In this document: positions 11,908 to 23,845 of the stretch, one piece after another
How positions within the stretch are numbered: position 1 is the stretch's first letter
Layout of the letters: each line of letters starts with the position of its first letter
From: Diplonema japonicum
Lineage: Eukaryota; Protista; Euglenozoa: Diplonemea
DNA length: 64,000 nt
Assembly: GCA_964019335.1 (NCBI GenBank)
Contig: OZ025737.1
Span: forward strand, 248,001-312,000
Direction: 5' to 3'
Program-made: the position numbers and the translations under genes
Notes under the pieces: generated by a model
What the model was told of the DNA's origin: nothing
What the model saw: the letters and a program-made list of their open reading frames with translations, nothing else
Database searches by the model: none

Positions 11908-13992
11908 ATGCCAGAAGGATGGCTGGTTCCAGCTCTACTCGTGGTGATTTTGGCATTGATGCGGAACCACCCGTTTACACAACGTGCAGCGGTGAAGGTC
12001 AAGAGCCTTTGGAACGAAGGGGGGGGGAAAAAACAGCTAAGAGTCGACACAGATTTAGAGGAAGGGAGCAACGGGAGTCCCGGGCAAGGGACTCTGCGAG
12101 AAAGAGGGAGAAAGACTGTTGGGCTGCAGTTGGGGAGCTTAATTGACACTCCTAAGAAGACAACAACAGTCTCAACAGTACCCTCGCCCTTTGGTACGCC
12201 CTCGTGCGACACACTAGAACTTGAGCTCAAGAGAGTCCAACATATCCAACAGCTTACTGATGACGCCCGAGCTCAGACTCTGACAACAATGAAGATGCTG
12301 GAGCACGAGATTGCACTCGCGCAGCCTGGGTTCAACCACCACTCGCAGACCTTGCTCAGCCACAAGACTCGTCTTCTCCAACAGCAATCTGAACAGCTGC
12401 AAACAACAGTTGACCTTCACCTCCAGCAGCAGGAGATCCTTTCTAAGATGGCGGCCCGCCACACCACCCCGAAGCTGACCCCCCAAGACGAGCTCCTCGC
12501 CCCCTTAGAGGAAACCGTCCCTCAGGGAAGGCAGCTGTTCTTCTCCAGAACAAAGTCCGATCTGCGGAGTGACCACATCGCACGGCAGCACACCCCTGTC
12601 ACACCCCATGCCCACACCCCTACGTCCCTGCAAGGCGACTTCCCTGTCCTGAAGGTACCTAGGAGAATGTCCGCACGTGGGTCCCCACGTTCCGGAAAGC
12701 AAACTACGCAAAAATGGATCCGCGGGGACTTGATCGGGAAGGGTGGGTTCGGGATGGTGCACATTGCGATGGACCTGACGGACGGGGGGAAGATGGTGGC
12801 TGTCAAGAACGTGCCGATCGGCTTGCACGAACCTGCGGACAAGAGAAACGCGAGGTTGGCGTCTCTGAAGACCGAGATCGAGCTGATGAAGTCGCTGTCG
12901 CACCCGAACATCGTGCGGTACAAAGGCGCCGAGCGGGAGGGCGACTCGCTGAACATCTTCATGGAGTACGTCTCGGGCGGCTCCATCGCAGGGCTGCTGA
13001 AGATGTTCGGCCCGCTCACCGAAGACGTGGCCATAGCTTACACCTACCAGGTCCTCAGTGGACTGAAGTACCTGCACAGCTGCGATGTCGTTCACAGAGA
13101 CATCAAGGGCGCCAACATCTTGCTAACAGTCGACGGCGTCTGCAAGCTCGCCGACTTCGGCGCCGCCACGCAAGTAGGCCTGGACGTGCACACGTCTTTC
13201 GTAGGCACACCCAACTGGATGTCACCAGAGATGATCAGGCAAGAAGGCCATTCCCAGTCAGCGGACATATGGTCGCTTGGGTGCACTGTCATGGAGATGC
13301 TGACCGGCTCCCCGCCATGGTCGAGGATCAGCGACAAGGCCAAAACGATACAGATCCTGCACTACGTCACATCGGACTCCAACTTTGAAGAAGAGATTCA
13401 AAAGGTGATGGAAGGTTGCTGCGATGAAAGGGGACTGTCGTTTGTAATGCAATGCATCCAGAAAGACCCTGCCGACAGACCCAAAGTAGAAGAGCTGATC
13501 GAACACGAATGGATGGCTATATTAGAAGACCCGCCAGAGGAGACTGAAATGGAAACAGAGGGCGCGCAATGGAAGATTGCAGCACAGGAGGCTGCAAACA
13601 AACTGAAAGAGTCATTAGGTGGTGCGAATGGAGCTACGGGTCCTCCTTCCCCAACTATCGCGTTGGTGCCTCTAAAGATCCGACGCCCGCCGGACTTCAG
13701 AAATTCGCATTCGCCTGACAATCAAAATCTTCCACAGAAGACGAGCTCCCCGACTTTCACCATACCTGAGGTTGCATCGGTAGAAAGTAGCGTAATCGAT
13801 CCTGACGAAGATTTGTTGCCAACTCTGCCTGTTGCTAAAAAGTCACCTGAGACTGCTAACCTCCGGTCTCCTATCCGCGGTCCTGGTTCCGCACCTTCTC
13901 CTCAAGCCATTGCGCCGATGATGCACCGGGTAAGCGTCCAGCTGCTGGAGGATGAGGCTTGTTTTTTTACGGACAGGGTCATTTCTCCTTGA
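11908..13992 (+). CDS. STE11/MEKK (NPK1-like) MAP3K Ser/Thr kinase with an N-terminal hydrophobic anchor
   Basis: WIRGDLIGKGGFG, VAVK, HRDIKGAN, DFG, GTPNWMSPE, DIWSLGCTV; N-terminal WLVPALLVVILAL. Confidence 0.93.
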   Translation: MPEGWLVPALLVVILALMRNHPFTQRAAVKVKSLWNEGGGKKQLRVDTDLEEGSNGSPGQGTLRERGRKTVGLQLGSLIDTPKKTTTVSTVPSPFGTPSCDTLELELKRVQHIQQLTDDARAQTLTTMKMLEHEIALAQPGFNHHSQTLLSHKTRLLQQQSEQLQTTVDLHLQQQEILSKMAARHTTPKLTPQDELLAPLEETVPQGRQLFFSRTKSDLRSDHIARQHTPVTPHAHTPTSLQGDFPVLKVPRRMSARGSPRSGKQTTQKWIRGDLIGKGGFGMVHIAMDLTDGGKMVAVKNVPIGLHEPADKRNARLASLKTEIELMKSLSHPNIVRYKGAEREGDSLNIFMEYVSGGSIAGLLKMFGPLTEDVAIAYTYQVLSGLKYLHSCDVVHRDIKGANILLTVDGVCKLADFGAATQVGLDVHTSFVGTPNWMSPEMIRQEGHSQSADIWSLGCTVMEMLTGSPPWSRISDKAKTIQILHYVTSDSNFEEEIQKVMEGCCDERGLSFVMQCIQKDPADRPKVEELIEHEWMAILEDPPEETEMETEGAQWKIAAQEAANKLKESLGGANGATGPPSPTIALVPLKIRRPPDFRNSHSPDNQNLPQKTSSPTFTIPEVASVESSVIDPDEDLLPTLPVAKKSPETANLRSPIRGPGSAPSPQAIAPMMHRVSVQLLEDEACFFTDRVISP

Positions 13993-14328
13993 AAATTTTT
14001 TGTTTTTGTTTTTTGTTTTGTTTCTTCCCCCCCCCCCCCCTCCCTCTTTGTGTTTGTATATTTTTTAAACTAGAATTATGCTACCCCCCCCCCCCGTTTT
14101 TCTTTCTTTAGAAAAGAATGTTAAAAGAAAAAGTTATAAAAAGAAGAAGAAAAAGGAACGCGCGGGGGGGGGGGGGGGGTGTCATAGTTTTATTTCTGTT
14201 TGTAAAAAAAAAAGGGAAGAAAAAAAAGTAAAATAAATACGCTTTACGCCGCACCCGGTTTTGTTCAAGTTTTTTAAATTTTTTAAAGGGGGGAGTGGGT
14301 TGCGCCATATACTGTTAGTCCCCCTTAA

Positions 14329-14362
<34 letters not shown>

Positions 14363-14935
14363 TTTTTAGGTGAGCATGTTATGTGTTTCCTTTTTTTTTT
14401 TTCCCTCCCGGCTGAGACCTTTAAAAGAAAAAAAAAAAAGCTCTCCGTGGAAATGTTTCTGCTCTGTCTGTTTCCATGTTACGGTTTTGTCACTGATGTT
14501 GGTGGGTTAAAAAAAAAAAACTTTGTAGTAATATCCGTCTCTTTTAGTACCTGCTAACTGCCAACTTTTGTGACACTACACTGTGAATTTAAAGAGAAGG
14601 TAAATAAATGCAATATAGAGGGAGCTCACTATAGGTCACTCAAATCCCTCCCGTCGTGAAGGAAAGGAAAGGAAAGGAAAAAAAAAAAAAAAAAGAAAAA
14701 AAAGAGAAACTCTGTCCCTCTGTTCTCTCCGTTCTGCACCCCAGTGTTCCCCTTCGCGTTTTTTCGCAAGGAAAGAGGAAGGAAACAAGGGGGGAAAGAA
14801 AAATAATTCTTTATGGCTATATGTCTTTGTTGTTCGCACGAGCAAAAAAGGTTTCTAAAAAGCTGCGAAAGTTTTTTGCTCGGCACAAGTTGCATATAGT
14901 TATAAAATCATTTTTTGAAAGATAAATATTTGTAA

Positions 14936-14977
<42 letters not shown>

Positions 14978-14978
<1 letters not shown>

Positions 14979-15072
14979 GCTATTTACTGCCAACAAGTAA
15001 TGACTTTACCGTTACCTCGAGGTAAAATGCGGAACCGAGAGGTCGGTAAAGCATTACTTGGCGGTAGGTAAG
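14978..15072. repeat. ~95-bp imperfect fold-back (MITE-like)
   Basis: TACTGCCAACAAGTAATGACTTTACCG versus reverse complement of the right arm TACCGCCAAGTAATGCTTTACCG. Confidence 0.55.
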
Positions 15073-15075
15073 TGG

Positions 15076-15698
15076 TTTTATTTCACGACACTCAGAAATT
15101 ACTTCACCACGAGGGGCACAACAGGGTGACAAGGGGTACAACAAGAGAGGGGTTACAAAGGTTACAATACAAGTTGTTTTCCCTCCTTTTGTTGACTAAG
15201 AGCTGCCGCTGTCGCTGGCATTGCCACTGTCACCATCTCTAATCAGGCCTTCCCATACCTGGCGCGGCCGCTGGCTCCTTTTTTTCTGCTGCTTCGGTAT
15301 TTTGAAGTCATTTGGGGAGCTTGGGTAAGCTGACTAAGTTACCCTTACCCACAGAAGAGTTACCCCCAGAAACTGGGAACAAGGCCTAGCCAAAAGTGGG
15401 CAAATTGGGAGGAAAAAGTAGTCCAACTTGGAACTGAGCCGAGGCAAAAGTTGGCCAATTGAGCTGAACCTGGGGGGAAATAGCAAACTGAGAGGAAAAA
15501 GTAGCCCCACTGGGAACCGAACCGAGGCAAAAATTGGCCTACCGAGGCATATTATTTAACGGAAACCCCCTATTACTTCACGGAAAACAGGCCATTATTT
15601 CACCGTGAAGTAATGAGATTTAGCGTGAAGTAATGAGATTTAGCGTGAAGTAATGGGCCCCCCAGTGCGTGAAGTAATTTCTGAAGAGTGAAATAAAA
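15076..15698. mobile_element. Non-autonomous TIR element (~620 bp) with internal tandem repeats
   Basis: Left TTTTATTTCACgacacTCAGAAATTACTTCAC / right GTGAAGTAATTTCTGAagaGTGAAATAAAA. Internal 20-bp repeat GTGAAGTAATGAGATTTAGC (~15605-15655) and a direct repeat of ~83-bp period (15402, 15485). Confidence 0.75.
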
Positions 15699-16970
15699 AA
15701 AAAAAAAAAAAAAAAAGAAACCAAATAAATAACGCCTCATGCCTTTGAAGTGCAGTAACAATAAGAAAAAAAGAAGATAAGATACCCTTTATTTTACCAA
15801 CAAAAGATCAATTTAGAATTTAACAAGCAAAAAAGAAAAAAAAAGAAAAAAAGTATACAATAGAAAGAGTGAAAATGGTTGAGGAAATCGCGCAAGGGGA
15901 AAAAAAAATAATAATTTTTGGAACTTGCCGTTGCTGGGGGTTTTCGCTCATGGTTGCTACTGGCACATTTTAGAGGAAGCGAAGGAAAAATAAAATAAAA
16001 TAATAAAAAAAAAAGAAACGAAACAGAAATTACAAAAAAAAAAAAAAAAGATGAAGGTGTGTAATTATTTTTTCTTTTTTTTTTCTGTCATTTATTGTTC
16101 TTGCTTTTTCTACCCCCCCCTCTTTTTTTTCCTTTTTTTTGGGAAAGAGACCTTTGAGTTCACTCGCTCCACGCACCTGCGAGCATTTGTCTGAGAAGGT
16201 GCGTTTCGCAAAAAGAAAAAAAAGAAAAAAAAAGAAAGGGACTTATTCATGATTTTCCCCCTCGAGTTTCTGCATTTTCACCACTGGAGACCTGATTGAA
16301 GTAGTGGAATTTGGCAAAATTTGCTGGTTTACAAGGAATGGAAGGGGGGGGGGGGGGGGGGGGGAATCAAGATTTTAACATTTCAGCTGCGGGAGACTTT
16401 ATACTTTTTTTTTTGTTTCACCCTTTTTTTTTTTCTTTCTTCATTTCGTTTGTTTGAAAATACTGTAACCCATCCACTGTTTTTATTTCGCTACTTGTGT
16501 GCCGAAGTTAGCATGGAAACTTTATTTTCTAGTAATTTAAAAAAAAAAAAAAGAAAAAAAAAGAAGAAACAAAAGCAGATTATTCTCTACATTTCTTTTT
16601 TTTCCCCCCCTTCAAAGGTCACAAAGGAAAAGGGCGGTCACCCCCCCCAAAAAAAATCGGGGATGTTTCCTGTGCCAATTTGTGATTTTTTTTTCTCTTT
16701 TCCGACCTAATCACTTTACGTAACTCCGGAAGGAGGGTGAGAATTCTGAGTTTTTTTTTTTTTAAGTAGGGGAAAGACCTAAGCTAATAGGCCCTCCTGT
16801 GCATTTTAAAAAAAAATTAAAAAAAAAGAAAAAGAAGCAATCGTCTGGATGTTTTTCCTTTTTTTTTCTTTCTCTTCCCGATAAGATATTTTCTTTTTAC
16901 TTTTGTCCCTTCCCTCTTCCTCCCCTTCCCCCGTGCGATTAACGCTTTTTCTCTTTTTAGTTTTAAGGAA

Positions 16971-17597
16971 TACCGGATTTGGAATATGCCCCCCCCCTCA
17001 GTTTTTTTTTCCCCGCAGGTTTTTCGGGTACAAAAAGAAATTCCATATGTCGGACATTGGGCTCCGGGTACAAAAATCCTATTCCAGCCCCAGAAAAAGC
17101 ATTTGGGATTTTTTTTTTTAGCCCCTCAAAATGCGGGCGTGGATATGAGCGTTAGTTAAAAGTCCCAAGTTGGCTTTTTTTTTTTTTTTTCAGGGGTTCT
17201 TGAATTTGGGTTAAAAGAAATAAATGACAACATCAACATCATCGACGTCCAGTGCGGTGGGAGCGACCTCCTCGAGGTTGAACCCCGGGCAACGGTGCCA
17301 CATGATGGGGGGTGGCAACGGCGAAGGCTTCGGCCGCGGGACGAACGGGGAGGTGAGCAAGGCGAAGGCCCTGGCGAAGCTAGGAGGTGGAGTCTCGATC
17401 AGAGACTACTCCAAAACTGAAGGAGAGTGCCTCTACGAGGCGTATCCAGCCATCTGGCAGCCACCGACAACAGTGCGCTATTATACGCCCCAGAGCGCTA
17501 CGGGGAGTACGTGCAGGCGGTGAGGGACGGGGCATGGGGAGACATCCTGCAGCTCCTCGCGGTCAGCCAGGTATGTCGGCGCATACCTTAAAAGAAT

Positions 17598-17642
<45 letters not shown>

Positions 17643-17708
17643 CCGGTCCGGGAAATAAAATCGGTTATAAAAATGTAGATTTGGGTACGGCATATTCAAA
17701 TCCGGGTA
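16971..17708. mobile_element. TA-flanked TIR element carrying a GC-rich decayed gene fragment (RCC1-repeat-like)
   Basis: TACCGGATTTGGAATATGCC ... GGCATATTCAAATCCGGGTA; cargo ~17222-17599. Confidence 0.7.
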
Positions 17709-17832
17709 TGAAGAAGAAGAATTTAAAAAAAAAAAAAAAAGAGAGAGAGAGCGAACAAAAAAAAAGAAAAGGAAAAAAAAGAAGAAAGAAAGAAAATGTA
17801 AAAAGGGTTCGGTCAATGACGACTATTGTTCT

Positions 17833-17836
<4 letters not shown>

Positions 17837-17868
<32 letters not shown>
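17837..17868. repeat. (GT)n microsatellite
   Basis: Pure GT run. Confidence 0.95.
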
Positions 17869-17869
<1 letters not shown>

Positions 17870-18445
17870 CTTTTTTTTTTTTTTTTTTGTCCGCACTTGG
17901 GTCCGGGTTTCAAGTTCAAAAAAAAAAGAAAAAGAAAAGACAGCATGCAACCAGAATAGGTGCTCTTAGAAAAGCTGATCACACTCAAGACTTCATGGCC
18001 AGGTATATTTATTTTTGGCCTTTTTTTTCTTCTTTGCTTTTGTTTTAAATTTCTTTCTTTTTTTTTTTTGACCCCTCGGTGGTATTTTCCAGGTTACGCT
18101 TCATCCTGGTACTAGAGCTCGCTTTCCAAGGTAGTCGGGCGTAAGCATCATATTTCAGAGGAAATTGCAACCCCCCCCCCCCCCCCCCCGCCCAGTGAGA
18201 AAACATTTCTACGCCTTTTTCTTTTTAATTCCCCTTCTCCTATTTTTTTTTTTGCTCTCTTTTCGGCTTGTACCTCATTTGTCACCTTTTATATATCTTC
18301 TCTGCTTACCCCTTCCTCTAATCCTTTTTTTTTTTTTTTTTTTTTTTGCCCTTTTTTCTTTTTCTTTTTTTTTTCCCTAAGGCGGGGAAACAAAACAAAA
18401 CAAAAAAAAAAAAGAGAGAGAAAGAAGAAGAAATAACATTGAAAT

Positions 18446-18942
18446 ATGACGAACCACCGGAAATATGGGAAGTCAAAATTGAACATGAAAAAGTCAAAAA
18501 AACAAAGGGCGCAAAAGTCGAAGCTGGAATCAACATTGGAAATGGTATGGGAGAGAAAAAAAAAAAAAAATACCATCCATCCACAGGACCTAGTAGAGAC
18601 GAGAGACAAAATCGAAGGTGAGCTAGCCACGGTAAGGCCCGTGATGACACGAATACTGAAGAAGAGCAGCGAGCGGGTTAAGCGCCCGAAATCCAACGTG
18701 GCCCCCACTCCAAAAACGATCGTCAGTGATTTGAACCCGTTAAACGAATCGCGAAAACAACTCCGGCAGCGAACCAAGGGGCAGGGCGGTGCGGGCCCTG
18801 CAGGGCCTGGCATCGAACGACGGGCTGTGGGCTTGAAGACAGAATCTACTGCAACAAAATTGGTATCCCCCCCCCCGACCCCTCCCACACACCACAGCTT
18901 GCGAAAATAGCAGCAAAAAAAGCGGCACGGGCAAAAAACTGA
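18446..18942 (+). CDS. Small basic hypothetical protein (~139 aa); introns 18545-18586 and 18863-18897
   Basis: Two GTAT...CACAG introns give MTNHRKYGKSK...STLEM|DLVETR...TATKL|LAKIAAKKAARAKN*. Confidence 0.7.
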
Positions 18943-19027
18943 AAGAAAAAAGGGAGGACGCGATAATAAAAAAAAAAAAAAAGAAATATCATCATCATCT
19001 GTTTAGTATTCCCCCCTCAAAAAAGAA

Positions 19028-20371
19028 TACTGTAAAACGAATAATGTCGGACGGAAAAAATCTCGGACAGAAAAACTCCCGGACACCAAAAAAAACCCGG
19101 ACATTTTTCCGTCCGGGAGTTTTTTCTGGGAAGAAGTTTTTTTACTTAAGGGGGGGGGTAGCAGCTCCCACCACGTTTGCCTGGAAGGGCTTTATTTACT
19201 TGTGCAGAGCCAAAATGTTTACCCTGCGTGGCAGTTTGAGTTTTTCTTCCCCTTTCAATGCACCAACAAACAGCACCCACGGGATCTTTAACTTCTCATA
19301 AACCCGTACTTCTTTCGTCAAATTAACCAGTTCGACTACCCAAGGCACGTTGTGAGGGGCCCAACTTTGGTGCTGACACCCCGGCCAGCTCACCCCCGAG
19401 AGGTGGAGGAGATAAACTCCTTACACCGGGCCGAGAAGGCCAGTACAAACCCCCGAAAGCTTGGCGGGAACAGGTTCAACAGAGCCCCCAGTTTCTTCCA
19501 GACGGAAATACTGGACGTTGCTATTCCACCCTACCACACCCTGGCCGCCGCGACGCCGTGATAGCAGCGTATCGCCCAATACGGGATTTAGCATCCTTCG
19601 GGGGCTGAAAGGTTTTTGCTTGAGTCGATAGGTAAAACGGGCTTGGTGAGCCTATCCCAGCACAACAAATATGCACCTATGCAGAAGGGCTGCTGCGCGC
19701 CAATCCAGCCCGAAAGACAGACCTGGTAGACTTTGGTGGGTTGAGCTGGCTGTTTCCTTGGCTGGATGGGTTGCACCGCAACTTAAATACAGGCAAAGCG
19801 GAAACGCAACCGGCAGGGATTATCCGTGCCCCGTCAAGCACCCGCCCATCGAATGGAGCCTAACGGCATCGCCCAATCATTGGGCTAATTATGATACTCG
19901 GTATCTGGGTTACGGAGCTGTTTCTTCCTTTTTGCTATAAATCATCGATTCCCATGGTTTTGCCGAATTCTGCTGCTTCACCTCTCATACGACCTATGCC
20001 TATGGGTTCGTAGAGTTGTTCGCAGGCGCAAACGTGCACATTGCTTTTGTCCCCCTGGGCTCACCTACATGGTTCAACCGATGGATATTGGGTTGAACGC
20101 AGCTGTAAAGCATCTATTAAGAAAGGTAGTAGGCCACACGAAGGCTCGACAAGCTGATTGCCTCAGGGGCAGCAAGGGGGACAAAGATGCAGAAAGGGAA
20201 CCCTGGGGGTTTCTTCGCGCGGTTGCCGTTTGCAGCCCAGGCCAGTATGTAGGTGGTAGTGGACCAGGCCCCCTGACGGCCTTACCTAAAAAGAATTCCC
20301 GGACGGAAAAATTCCCGGACGCCAAAAAAACTCGGACATTTTTCCGTCCGGGAGTTTTTCGTTTTACAGTA
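19028..20371 (+). mobile_element. Decayed pogo/Tigger-type (DDE_1) DNA transposon
   Basis: Perfect 14-bp terminal IR including TA (TACTGTAAAACGAA / TTCGTTTTACAGTA); subterminal CGGAC repeats; frameshifted transposase relic HIAFVP..G-LTYMVQPMDIGLNAAVK (QPxD catalytic motif) at ~20037-20110. Confidence 0.88.
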
Positions 20372-20383
20372 ATGTAAAAAAAA

Positions 20384-21907
20384 GAGAAAAACTACAAACA
20401 TGACAAGCGAATTTGGATTTTCCACCAAACTCTGTAACCTGTTTTTTGCCCTTTGTCCACGGTAACTCGAATATATTTCTCAATTGTTCACGGAAACTTG
20501 CAATTTCAAATCCACCAAACACGTTTTCAAAATATTTTGTCCACCATCCACAGTAACCACTTTTGAAATCCACCAACCACGGCAACTTGGCGGCATATTT
20601 CCACCATCCACGGTAACCGCGAGATTTATTTCCCATCATCCACGGTAACCTCGAAAATTAATTTCCACCATCCACGGTAACTACCAAGGCTTTTTCCACC
20701 TTCCACGGTAACTTCGAAAATTATTTCCACCACCACGGTATCCTCCAAAGGTTTTTCCACCTTCCACTGTCCTTTACTTGACTGACCCCAAACCTTATCA
20801 CTACTTACCACAGCCTTCTTTGATTTATTTCGCCTTCTTCCTTATTCACAACCACGTTGCACGGCCTCTAACTGACCCCCTGGCCAAGGACACCGTTTTC
20901 GCCACAATTGTGGGGACGGCGGTGGCCCTGTTTGGGTTTGACGAACGCAGAGCCAAGCAGAGCGTCAGAAAAAACAGCCGTGCCACCATTCTTTCCCTGT
21001 TGACAATTGCAACATGCGGATTTGCGCCGCTGTCTCACCAAGAATGACGCAAGCCACAGTTTCGAAAGTGGCAAGCACACAACGTAGGTGGGCCTTGGGT
21101 TCTGCTCAAAGGGCCACAGTTCTCTGAGTGGTTCCCAGGGGGGGGGGGGGGGGGGGGGGGTTTGAGTGTACTGCAGGGTTGGATGTGTTGAAAACACCCT
21201 GCGTTCACATTTGTGCTGTGGCCCGCGAGGCACAAGAACCACTTGGATCTCCTTCCCAAGTGTTTGCGGGTCGCCGCTTGGCGTTTGATGTATTTCGCCA
21301 CCCCCCGCCCGCCTTCTGTCAGGGTCCTGTGTGAAGATAACCTCAAGCCCCCCGTTGTAACTAAATCAAGAACGGGGAGGCCCTCGTTGGAGATAAGAAG
21401 AAACTGAGCGAGGGAGAGGGGACATACACCTGCGGCAACTGCAAGAAAGTGGGGCACAATGCCCGTTCTTGCAAGAACCCCCACTACTCGACTGCTGCGT
21501 CACAGCCGCAGAACCCTAGAAGTGCTCTTCTGAGCTGAAGCAGACCCAGCTAACGTAGTGCCATAGTGTAGAGTCATCCCCCCCCCTTTTTTTTCCTTTT
21601 GCCTAATCATTTATTCCTATTGTTGCAGTGTGCTCTATATTTCGCCAAATAGTCAAAAAAACGAAAATGCGAAAGGTTCCGTGTTTGGTGGAAATTCGAA
21701 ATTAGGTTTCCTAAAGGAAAATTTTGATGGTTTACAGAGAACGGTGGAAAATTGAAATTGGGTTTCCGTGTTTGGTGGAAATCGAAATTAGGGTATCATT
21801 TTTGGTGGAAAAATGAAATTGGGTTACCGTGTTTGGTGGAAAATGAAATTCGGGTTGGCTTGAACGGTGGAAAATTTTCATTTGGTTGTCGCTGTTTGTA
21901 GTTTTTC

Positions 21908-21909
<2 letters not shown>
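20384..21909 (+). mobile_element. Decayed Mutator-like (MULE) transposon with repeat-array TIRs and a 9-bp TSD
   Basis: Termini GAGAAAAACTACAAACA / TGTTTGTAGTTTTTCTC; TSD TAAAAAAAA at 20375-20383 and 21910-21918; relic SWIM (ECTAG...PCVHICAV), PPVVTKSRTGRP and CCHC knuckle (CGNCKKVGHNARSC). Confidence 0.9.
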
Positions 21910-21941
<32 letters not shown>

Positions 21942-22002
21942 AACCAACCACCACCATCCACCTCCAGGGGCATTGTAGTTACAAAAAAAGAAAAAAAAAA
22001 AA

Positions 22003-22830
22003 ATGTGCCGCAATGACTCGATGGTGATCGGTGACGTGGAGAAGCAACTGCTCGCGAAAAGCATGCAGCAGAAGGAGGAGCCGAAGAAGGAGAGCAAGGC
22101 AAGCCCGGTGGCGAGGAGGGTACCGCCGCCTAGCTTAGACAGCAAGAACAAGGTGGAGCTCGGGGGTGAGAGCTGGACAGAGGTTCCAGGGTGGCTGAAA
22201 CCAGCATTGGCGGCGTTGGTAATGAGGTGCGAGGAAGTTGAAGAAGAAAGCGACGACAGAAATCAAATTCAAGAAGATTTCGAGTGTGTGACTGTGCCCA
22301 GTGTGGCTATTGAGGAATATGCAGGATGTCTCCACTCATCCTTCCCAAGACTGATGTGCTGGGTGAGGAGCCTTGTCCTCCTGAACCGGTTCATTGAAGT
22401 TACTGGTACAAAACTCACACAATTGACGATCCACCGGTTGCTCCTCACAGCAATCGTGTCAACCGCCCGCCACCAAGGTCTTATGTGTGAAGTCGACCCC
22501 TCTTGGGGAATTGAGAGGGACGACCTGTGTTCAATGGAGCGTACTTTTGTTGAACACATTAAAAATGATTTCTCGGTAACCATTGTTTCGTGTCTAGAGG
22601 CGTTGCTGCCCTTTTCCGACCCGCCGGCTGAGACGGTGATGGCCGCGGGGCTTATTTCCGCTGAAAGAACCCCGATATCATCCAGCCAAAGGGTGGCCAA
22701 CTGGGTCATGAATCTTCCACAAGAACCTTCTCAAAGCGGGCCCAAAAAGGTTGGCAGCAGTATTAAAAACACGCTCAGCAAGTTGCGTGAAAAATCTCTC
22801 GGTAAGATTTTCAGAGCGGCGAGGAATTAG
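22003..22830 (+). CDS. PHO80/U-type (CYC2-like) cyclin, divergent
   Basis: VPSVAIEEY...LVLLNRF...LTQLTIHRLLLTAIV...GIERDDLCSMERTF pattern of the PHO80 cyclin box. Confidence 0.75.
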   Translation: MCRNDSMVIGDVEKQLLAKSMQQKEEPKKESKASPVARRVPPPSLDSKNKVELGGESWTEVPGWLKPALAALVMRCEEVEEESDDRNQIQEDFECVTVPSVAIEEYAGCLHSSFPRLMCWVRSLVLLNRFIEVTGTKLTQLTIHRLLLTAIVSTARHQGLMCEVDPSWGIERDDLCSMERTFVEHIKNDFSVTIVSCLEALLPFSDPPAETVMAAGLISAERTPISSSQRVANWVMNLPQEPSQSGPKKVGSSIKNTLSKLREKSLGKIFRAARN

Positions 22831-23800
22831 AAAGAGAGTGGGCGGTCCCACCCCTCCCTTTTTTTTTTCCTTTTTTTTTTTTCCCTTTTTTTTTTCTTTT
22901 TCTCTTCGGTTTTATCGCGCCTTTCTCTTTGATTTGAGACACTTTTTATTTTCTTCTTTCTCATCTCTCCCCCACCCCATACCCGTTCTTCCCTTTTCCC
23001 TTTCTGGTAATGAACCCGCCCGTATTTTTTTTTCTCTGGATTCCAATACCCCCCCCCACCCCACCCCCAATGATTCTACCTTTGTGTGCCGGAGAAAAAG
23101 AGAATTGCAGCTAAGGCTTTTTTTTTTTTTTTTTTGCCTGTGTGAACATGGACATGAGTCGAAAAAATAAAGTAATCTTGATTTGAAAAAAAGATAGAAA
23201 AAAAAAAAAAAAGAGCTATTTTTTTTTTCTCTAGGCGCAGAGAGTGTAACCACTACTTCTAGTTATCTATTTTTTAACACCCCCCCTTTGCTATCACATT
23301 TTGTGTTGGTACACTCTTAAGCAGAATACGGAGAAATTTACCATTGGAGCTGAAACATGTGAAAATATGGACAGCTGTCCAGATAACACATCTTTCTTTT
23401 TTCCACTTTTTTCTACTAAGGAGGGTACCGTTTTGCGAAAGAAGGTCAAGCAAGTCTTTTCTTGTTTTGTTGACAATTTTAAGTCTAAAAGACCCCCCCC
23501 CCCCCCCCCCACGGAATCCAGAGAGGGTTGGACAAAGTGCTACAGAAAGAAAAGGGAAAGAAAAAAAAAAGAAAAAGAAAGAAAAAGGAAAAGGAAAGAA
23601 AAATCAAAGAATGGCCCTCGTTTTATTTCTACTTTATCAACTTTTTTTTTTATTACTTTTTTTTTTATACCTTTCTCTTCCCCCTTTCCCCCTTCAAAGT
23701 TATTGCCTCCTTGTGGCTCTCACATTTTCTTCCCCTTTTTCCCCCTTTTTCTCTCTCACTCTTCGGTCATCCACTTTCTTCTTTTGCCCTTTTTTTACCG

Positions 23801-23845
<45 letters not shown>

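Noticed and set aside
20418-20770. CRISPR-like array of ~20-bp repeats with variable spacers
   Set aside because: Spacers are only ~10-12 nt, repeats are degenerate and mirrored at 21675-21875, there are no cas genes, the context is eukaryotic, and the array lies inside a TIR/TSD-bounded MULE.
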